DNA from: Fimbriimonadales bacterium
Lineage (GTDB): Bacteria > Armatimonadota > Fimbriimonadia > Fimbriimonadales > ATM1
Assembly (NCBI GenBank): GCA_051003155.1
Contig: JBPCLO010000012.1
Span: 1-64,000 of the forward strand
DNA: 64,000 bases
Direction: 5' to 3'
Below, piece after piece: positions 58,153 through 64,000 of this stretch. The first letter of the stretch is position 1, and every line of letters begins with the position of its first letter. The position numbers and the translations under genes are program-made. The notes below the pieces were generated by a model. It did not search any database and was not told where the DNA came from. It was given only the letters and a program-made list of their open reading frames with translations.

Positions 58153-59082
58153 CTAAAGCGTCGCCGTCCCGACGGGGTTGTGGCAGTAGAAAACGCGCTC
58201 CCCGTCCTCGCTCGGATCGGGAAAGACCGTCTCGCAGACCTCGAGTTTGTTCGGGCATCTGGTCTTGAACGGGCAGCCGACTGCCACCTCTCGAGGGTCG
58301 GGGATTTCGCCGGGTAGGACCGCAGGCAGTCGGCCGATCGTCTCCAGAGTCGGGGCGGATTCGAGTAGCGCTCGCGTATAGGGATGGCGCGGATGGGTGA
58401 ACACCTTTTCAGTCTTACCGACCTCCACGAAACGGCCGAGATACATCACCGCGACACGGTCGGCGATGAAGCGGACGGTCGTCAGGTCGTGCGATATGTA
58501 CAGGTAAGCGCACGAAAGTTTACTTTGCAAATCCTTGAGCAAGTTGAGAATCTGCGCCCGTATCGAAAGGTCCAGCGCTGCCTTCGGCTCGTCGCAGAGC
58601 ACCAGGGGCGGGCCGAGCGCGAGCGCTCGCGCCACGGCCACCCTCTGCCGTTGGCCTCCGGAGAGCTGGTGCGGAAAACGCTCCTTCATGGCCAGGTCGA
58701 GGCCGACCTGGCGCATGACTTCGTCGACACGGCCGTCGAGCCTCTGGTCGTTGACGATCAACGGCTCCGCGATCGAGCGGCCGATCCGCCACCGCGGGTC
58801 GAGGCTGGCGTACGGGTCTTGCCAGACGATTCCCACTCGCTTGGCGAGCCCACGCAGGTCCGGCGTTACCGATAGGCCCTGAACTTCGATCGCTCCTGCA
58901 GAAAGGGGCTCTAAGCCGAGAATCGCTTTAGCGAGGGTGGTCTTGCCGCAGCCCGACTCGCCTACGACGGCAAGCGTTTCACCCTCGTTCAGTGTTAGCG
59001 AAACGCCGTCGACTGCACGAATCCGCCCGCCGGGTACGTTGAACGAAACCTCGGCGTCTCGAATCTCGAGGACCGCGCTCAC
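58153..59082 (-). CDS. Oligopeptide/dipeptide ABC ATP-binding protein (OppF-like)
   Basis: [30 protein letters not shown]. Confidence 0.93.
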   Translation of the reverse strand: MSAVLEIRDAEVSFNVPGGRIRAVDGVSLTLNEGETLAVVGESGCGKTTLAKAILGLEPLSAGAIEVQGLSVTPDLRGLAKRVGIVWQDPYASLDPRWRIGRSIAEPLIVNDQRLDGRVDEVMRQVGLDLAMKERFPHQLSGGQRQRVAVARALALGPPLVLCDEPKAALDLSIRAQILNLLKDLQSKLSCAYLYISHDLTTVRFIADRVAVMYLGRFVEVGKTEKVFTHPRHPYTRALLESAPTLETIGRLPAVLPGEIPDPREVAVGCPFKTRCPNKLEVCETVFPDPSEDGERVFYCHNPVGTATL

Positions 59083-60023
59083 AGGTTATCCTCGACAAGC
59101 CAGCACGCCGCTCGGTGCCTATCGGTAATTGAAAGTAGCCCCGGCTCGACGTTGCTCTTGACATGCCTGCAGGGGCAGCGCTCTTGGAAACTGCAAGCGC
59201 CGGCCAGGGTTTTGAAATCGGGAGGCTGCCCGGGGATCGAATAGAGCCTCTCGGCCTTTCCGGGCAGAGAAGCGAGCAGGCCGATCGTGTAGGGGTGGGC
59301 CGGATTTTTGAGGACACCTTCGGTCGGCCCCTCCTCGATCACCTTGCCCGCATAGAAGACGGCGATGCGGTCGGCGACCGATCCGATCACGCCGATGTCG
59401 TGCGAGATCAGGATGACCGCGGTGCCGGTCTGCTCTTGGAGATCGTGCAGGAGCGCGAGGATTTGGGCTTGCAGCGTGACATCGAGTGCGGTCGTCGGCT
59501 CGTCGGCGATGAGGACTTTGGGATGGCAGGCAAACGCCATAGCGACCATCACGCGCTGGCGCTGGCCCCCTGAAAGCTGGTGAGGGAACTTTCTGGCCGT
59601 GCTGGCCGGTGCAGGGACGCGCACCGACTCAAGTTGCTTGATCGCAAGGTTGTAAGCCTCACGCTGCCCGACGTCTCGGTGCAGGATGATGGCTTCGGCG
59701 ATCTGGTCGGCGACGCGCATCGAGGGGTTGAGGCTGGTGAACGGGTCTTGGAATACCATAGCGATGTCGCCGCCGCGAATCTGCCGCATCTGGTGCTGCG
59801 AGGCCATAGCCAAATCCGTGCCCTGGAACATGATGGCGCCGTCGGTAACGCGGCCACCCGGCGGAAGGAGGCCCATAATCGCCAGCCCGGTCATGGACTT
59901 GCCGCAGCCGGACTCTCCGACGACGCCCAGCGTCTCGCCCGGTTCGACCACGAGGTCGACGCCGCGCAGAATCTCGGTGGCGCCGAACGCAACGCGGAGT
60001 CCCCGGATTTCGAGAGCAGGCAT
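59079..60023 (-). CDS. Oligopeptide/dipeptide ABC ATP-binding protein (OppD-like)
   Basis: [27 protein letters not shown]. Confidence 0.93.
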   Translation of the reverse strand: MPALEIRGLRVAFGATEILRGVDLVVEPGETLGVVGESGCGKSMTGLAIMGLLPPGGRVTDGAIMFQGTDLAMASQHQMRQIRGGDIAMVFQDPFTSLNPSMRVADQIAEAIILHRDVGQREAYNLAIKQLESVRVPAPASTARKFPHQLSGGQRQRVMVAMAFACHPKVLIADEPTTALDVTLQAQILALLHDLQEQTGTAVILISHDIGVIGSVADRIAVFYAGKVIEEGPTEGVLKNPAHPYTIGLLASLPGKAERLYSIPGQPPDFKTLAGACSFQERCPCRHVKSNVEPGLLSITDRHRAACWLVEDNL

Positions 60024-60059
60024 GGAATGGCAATTATGGACCAACGCTACAATGGGCGG

Positions 60060-60794
60060 ATGGCTCTGTTCGAACTGCCGCCGAACCCGCAGAGGTGGCT
60101 GTTCGCGTTTACGCACCCTGACGACGAAATTTCGATCGTGGCTTGGATGAGGAGGCTTGTGCAGGCGGGCGCTGAGGTGTGGGCGGGCTGGAGCGTGACG
60201 GACCCGGTTCGCGCGGCCGAGGGGACGCGTGTTATGGAGAAGCTCGGCGTGCCGAAGGAGCGACTTTTCTATCATGGAATGCCCGATAAGGGTGCGTGCA
60301 AACACCTGCCCGAGCTGGCCTCCTTGTGGTCATCGGCGATCGAGCGCGCGGATCCCGAGCGAATTGCGCTGGGCGCTTTCGAGTGTGGCCACATCGACCA
60401 CGACTCGACCAACTTCGCAGTGCACCGTGCGAATGAGGATCTGATTCCGACGCTGGAGATTCCGCTGTATCACACCTACCTGGCTCGCACGCCGGTCCTG
60501 AACCGATTCGCCGACCCGAGCGGGGAAGAGGTGCTGAACCTCGAACCGGAGGAATGGAGGCTGAAAAGAGAGGTCAGCGGGATGTACAAGAGCCAGACCA
60601 TTGGGCGGCTGTTGGTTTATGCTACCGCTTGGGGGTGGATTAAGGGCCGTCCGCCGGCGCTTTGTCGCACCGAGCGAATGCGGTTGCAGACGCATTTCGA
60701 TTATGAGACTCCGAACCTGCCGGAGCCGCTTCGGTCGCGGGTGATGGCCACAGAAACGTGGCGGCGCTGGGCTGCCTGCGTGAAGGGCCGGTAG
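60060..60794 (+). CDS. PIG-L/LmbE family deacetylase
   Basis: HPDDE and GHIDH motifs. Confidence 0.88.
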   Translation: MALFELPPNPQRWLFAFTHPDDEISIVAWMRRLVQAGAEVWAGWSVTDPVRAAEGTRVMEKLGVPKERLFYHGMPDKGACKHLPELASLWSSAIERADPERIALGAFECGHIDHDSTNFAVHRANEDLIPTLEIPLYHTYLARTPVLNRFADPSGEEVLNLEPEEWRLKREVSGMYKSQTIGRLLVYATAWGWIKGRPPALCRTERMRLQTHFDYETPNLPEPLRSRVMATETWRRWAACVKGR

Positions 60795-60803
60795 AATCCG
60801 CGC

Positions 60804-61892
60804 ATGCCGACGATTGGGGAACTGCTCGACGCCCTCGAGGTGATCGCGCCTGTGCACCTAGCGATGGCCGACGACCCGATCGGCTTGCAAATAGGCCGGA
60901 AATCGGACAAATTTTCGCGATGTGTGGTGACGCTCGATATAACTCCCGAAGTGCTGAATTGGGCCAAGGAAAAGGGCGCGGAAGCCGTAGTAGCGCACCA
61001 TCCTTTATTTTTCAACCCGCCGCGCGATTTGGCCGGTGACAGTCTCCAAGTACAGTGCGTTCGTCTTGCGATGGCGAATTCGATAGCCATCACCGCCGCT
61101 CACACCAATTGGGACACGGCGCCCGGAGGGGTGAATGACACTCTTGCTCGAGTGCTCGGACTCGCCGATATCGAGGCGTTCGGAGGGGATATTTCCGTGC
61201 AGGATTGCAAGATGGTGACGTTTCTGCCCGCGGATGGGCTGGATTCGGTTGTGGATGCATTGGCCCGCGCAGGGGCAGGCGACATCGGATTGTATAAGCG
61301 GTGCGCGTTTCACAGCGAGGGCCTTGGGACCTTCGAGCCGCAAGAGGGCGCAAACCCCATTGTCGGAGAGGTCGGGAAGCGCGAGACGACCCCGGAGCGC
61401 AGGGTGGAGATGCGGTTTCCGAGCCATCGGAGGAAGGCGGTCGAAGGCGCCCTTCTGTCGGCCCATCCATACGACCGGCCGGCGTACGACATTTGGGACG
61501 TGTCGACGGAGGCGCATTCCTTACCCCGAATTGGATCGATGAGTCCAACGACTTTTTCCGAGTTCGTGGGCCACGTCGACCGGTCGCTGGGCTCCTCGTC
61601 TCGGGGCTTTGGCCATGCTGGGAAGGTCAAGCGCATCGCCGTCGTCGGCGGATCAGGCGGACGCTATTGGCTTTCAGCGAAGTTAGCTGGGGCGGATGCT
61701 CTCGTTACCGGCGAGGTGCGTCATCATGAGGCTGTCGAAGCAGCGGAAACGGGTATATGCTTGGTGGACTCGGGCCATTATCACACCGAGCAGCCTGGTA
61801 TGGCTGAGATGCGGGACCGGCTCGGATCGCAAATGCCGACTGCCAATTTCTTGCTCTTCGAGCCCCTTCCTGGTCATTGCGGTAGGCCTTAG
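60804..61892 (+). CDS. Nif3-like dinuclear metal center protein with PII-like insert (YqfO type)
   Basis: D.IGLQIG, AHHPLFF, HTNWD, AHPY, GHYHTE. Confidence 0.93.
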   Translation: MPTIGELLDALEVIAPVHLAMADDPIGLQIGRKSDKFSRCVVTLDITPEVLNWAKEKGAEAVVAHHPLFFNPPRDLAGDSLQVQCVRLAMANSIAITAAHTNWDTAPGGVNDTLARVLGLADIEAFGGDISVQDCKMVTFLPADGLDSVVDALARAGAGDIGLYKRCAFHSEGLGTFEPQEGANPIVGEVGKRETTPERRVEMRFPSHRRKAVEGALLSAHPYDRPAYDIWDVSTEAHSLPRIGSMSPTTFSEFVGHVDRSLGSSSRGFGHAGKVKRIAVVGGSGGRYWLSAKLAGADALVTGEVRHHEAVEAAETGICLVDSGHYHTEQPGMAEMRDRLGSQMPTANFLLFEPLPGHCGRP

Positions 61893-61923
61893 GAGCCGGA
61901 AAGTGCCACAATCGGTGCCAGCC

Positions 61924-62340
61924 ATGCGGACGGTTTATCTAATTCTGGGTTGCGCTCTCGTGCCGATTGGTATCGCCGGCGTTGTTCTGCCGGTACTCCC
62001 AGGCTTCGTATTTCTCTTGCTGGCGACGGTGTGCTTTGCCCGAAGCAGCCCGCGGTTCGAATCCTGGATGCTGAACCATCCCCAGTTCGGTGAAAGCTTG
62101 AGAATTTGGCGTGAAGATGGCAGCATGCGCCGTAAGCACAAGGTCTACTCGGTCGGAATGATCGCCATTTCAGCAGTTGCCGGCACTTTGTTTTCGCCTG
62201 CACCAGTTTGGGTTAAGATGGTCCTTTCCGCTGCCGGTGGTTGGGCCGCCTGGTATATCCTCACGAGACCAACCCGTAAGCCTAACGGTGTGTGTCCTTT
62301 GAGGCCGCCCGCGCACCTCGTCGATCCCGAGAATACTTAG
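61924..62340 (+). CDS. YbaN/DUF454 membrane protein
   Basis: GVVLPVLP...FARSSPRFESWMLNHPQFG. Confidence 0.88.
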   Translation: MRTVYLILGCALVPIGIAGVVLPVLPGFVFLLLATVCFARSSPRFESWMLNHPQFGESLRIWREDGSMRRKHKVYSVGMIAISAVAGTLFSPAPVWVKMVLSAAGGWAAWYILTRPTRKPNGVCPLRPPAHLVDPENT

Positions 62341-62849
62341 GGCGCCAGCGGATCTAGGGGAGTTGGCTTCGGTGCGTACGTTCGCGGCCCGGCGAAGCTG
62401 CGTTTGTCCTCGACGTATCTTTTGAGACGCGAAAGGGCCACCGCGTAGAAGTTCCTGGCCCGCCTACCTTTGGATATTTTCTCCAGCGCGCCGTAATTCG
62501 CAGAATAGGTGACAGTAACGCGATACGTCCCCTGAATTAGCTCAGAAATCCGCCAATTAATGGATTCTTCTTTAGGCGATCGTAATACCTTTTCCACTAT
62601 TCTGGCTTCGGCCTGGTCCCATTCCTCCACGTCGGCAATCTCGTGGTCGCGCTGCTCGCCGTCCTGCAAAAAAGAAATGCTTTGGCCCGGAAAAACTTTT
62701 TCCGTCTCGCTCGGTGGCCGTGGAGCGGTCTCGCGGATGGCCATGACCATGTCAGGAAGGTAATGGCCACGAGTCATGAGGTCGCCGACCACGAGGAAGA
62801 GTTCCTGGGGATCGGCCATGATGTCGATCGCTTCGCTAAAGGTCCACAT
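62337..62849 (-). CDS. SRPBCC/START-like protein
   Basis: EAIDI.A.PQELF..V.D, C-terminal helix LSRLKRYVE. Confidence 0.6.
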   Translation of the reverse strand: MWTFSEAIDIMADPQELFLVVGDLMTRGHYLPDMVMAIRETAPRPPSETEKVFPGQSISFLQDGEQRDHEIADVEEWDQAEARIVEKVLRSPKEESINWRISELIQGTYRVTVTYSANYGALEKISKGRRARNFYAVALSRLKRYVEDKRSFAGPRTYAPKPTPLDPLAP

Positions 62850-64000
62850 TTATCTAGACATCAAGGCAGGAAGAGCCTCCTCGTAGTCGGTGCGGAGAGC
62901 CTCGACGCTAGCGGACATGACTTGGGACGAAGGCGTCGAAATGGTCAGGTTCGGCATCGAGCGATCGAAGGTTCCGAGGCAGTGCATGTTGAGGCCGTGT
63001 TTGGCTGCAAGCGTTGCGAGCTTCCCAGCGGCACCATCCATCAATTTATCCATGCCGATTCCGACCAAAATGCGGCCCGGCATCTCCCCGAATAACCTGG
63101 CGTCCATGCGGCGCGAGAATGTCCAGGGGTCGAGTTGTCGCTCGGCATCGAGGAGGGAATGAATGACGGCCTGGGAAAGACTAGAATTATCATTCAATAT
63201 TGGCTCGAGGATATGTTTTTGATAATGCTCTTGTGCATCGATAATTACATTGCAGCCGACTGCTTTCTCAAAGCACATCTCGGCTAAGGCAACGGCAAGA
63301 CCACCCTCGGATGTGTCGTGTGCACAATCCACGAGCTTGTCCGCGGCTGCATTTACCATGACTTCGATGAGCCCCATTTCCGTGAATAGGTTGGGTTTTT
63401 GCGGCGCTCCTTCATCGAGGCCATGAATTACGCGTACATATTCGCTGGTGCCCAGACCGTCCTGCGGCGCATGAATGTCGTTTCCGTACAACAGATAAAT
63501 AAAGCCGTGACCATGTGGAAAATGGCTCCGCAAGGCATTTTCAGCGTTGTCCAAAACTCCGACAACGCCAATGGTCGGCGTCGGTAGAACGTCGCCGACT
63601 TCGGTTTCATTATAAAAGCTGACGTTGCCGCTAAGAACCGGAATCCGCAGGGCTTCGCAAGCGTTCGCAATACCGCGCACGGATTCTTGAAATTGCCAAT
63701 AAACGTGTGGCAAGTTCGGGTCACCGAAATTCAAGCAGTCGGTCGCCGCCGCCGGCCGCGCCCCGGTACATGCAACATTTCGAGCCGCCTCCGCGACGGC
63801 GAGTTGCCCACCGGAAAATGGATCGGCATAAGTCCAGCGGCTATTCCCATCGATTTTGGTTGCAATGCCCTTCTTCGTTCCGCGCAAAGCAATTACCGCG
63901 GCGTCACCCAGGCCTGGTTTTAGAGCGGTTTGTGTCTGAACGGTGTGGTCGTACTGTTCGAAAACCCATCGCTTCGATGCTATCGAGGGAGATGATAATA
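62850..64000 (-). CDS. purL: Phosphoribosylformylglycinamidine synthase subunit PurL (5' end outside the window)
   Basis: SKRWVFEQYDH, EAARNV, DCLNFG.P, SGNVSFYNE, AHDTSEGG. Confidence 0.96.
   Translation of the reverse strand, partial: LSSPSIASKRWVFEQYDHTVQTQTALKPGLGDAAVIALRGTKKGIATKIDGNSRWTYADPFSGGQLAVAEAARNVACTGARPAAATDCLNFGDPNLPHVYWQFQESVRGIANACEALRIPVLSGNVSFYNETEVGDVLPTPTIGVVGVLDNAENALRSHFPHGHGFIYLLYGNDIHAPQDGLGTSEYVRVIHGLDEGAPQKPNLFTEMGLIEVMVNAAADKLVDCAHDTSEGGLAVALAEMCFEKAVGCNVIIDAQEHYQKHILEPILNDNSSLSQAVIHSLLDAERQLDPWTFSRRMDARLFGEMPGRILVGIGMDKLMDGAAGKLATLAAKHGLNMHCLGTFDRSMPNLTISTPSSQVMSASVEALRTDYEEALPALMSR

Noticed and set aside
58575..58600. DEPKAALD instead of DEPTxALD in the OppF-like ATPase
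   Set aside because: A single substitution with the catalytic DE intact; not interpretable from sequence alone

Overview
A GC-rich bacterial chromosomal window of mostly housekeeping genes. The lineage is probably Armatimonadota/Fimbriimonadia, inferred from protein families and not established. Recognisable genes include a tricorn protease, an ABC exporter, a DUF1998 helicase, tatC, glpX, an LDH/MDH enzyme, cinA, rpsB-tsf-pyrH/frr with the S2 (t44) leader, acyl-CoA dehydrogenase, recO, glmU-prs, msrB, lysA, ndh, a fused E1 dehydrogenase, an A-type Fe-S carrier, OppD/F-type ATPases, Nif3 and the 3' part of purL. Five observations stand out. (1) Two ORFs at 25125-26216 (-) are one reading frame split only by an in-frame TGA in a C-T-U thioredoxin-like motif, followed by a bacterial-SECIS-like hairpin; this is a candidate unannotated secreted selenoprotein. 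(2) A tightly coupled six-gene uncharacterised membrane operon (DUF6754 type) runs into recO. (3) A small defence islet carries an endonuclease, an m4C-type methylase and an internally deleted SIR2 gene. (4) There are one or two candidate ECF-sigma-driven small RNAs. (5) Many genes look leaderless, with a -10 box 6-7 nt before the start codon. Several decayed gene fragments lie between core genes. No CRISPR array, rRNA, tRNA or intact transposase was seen.
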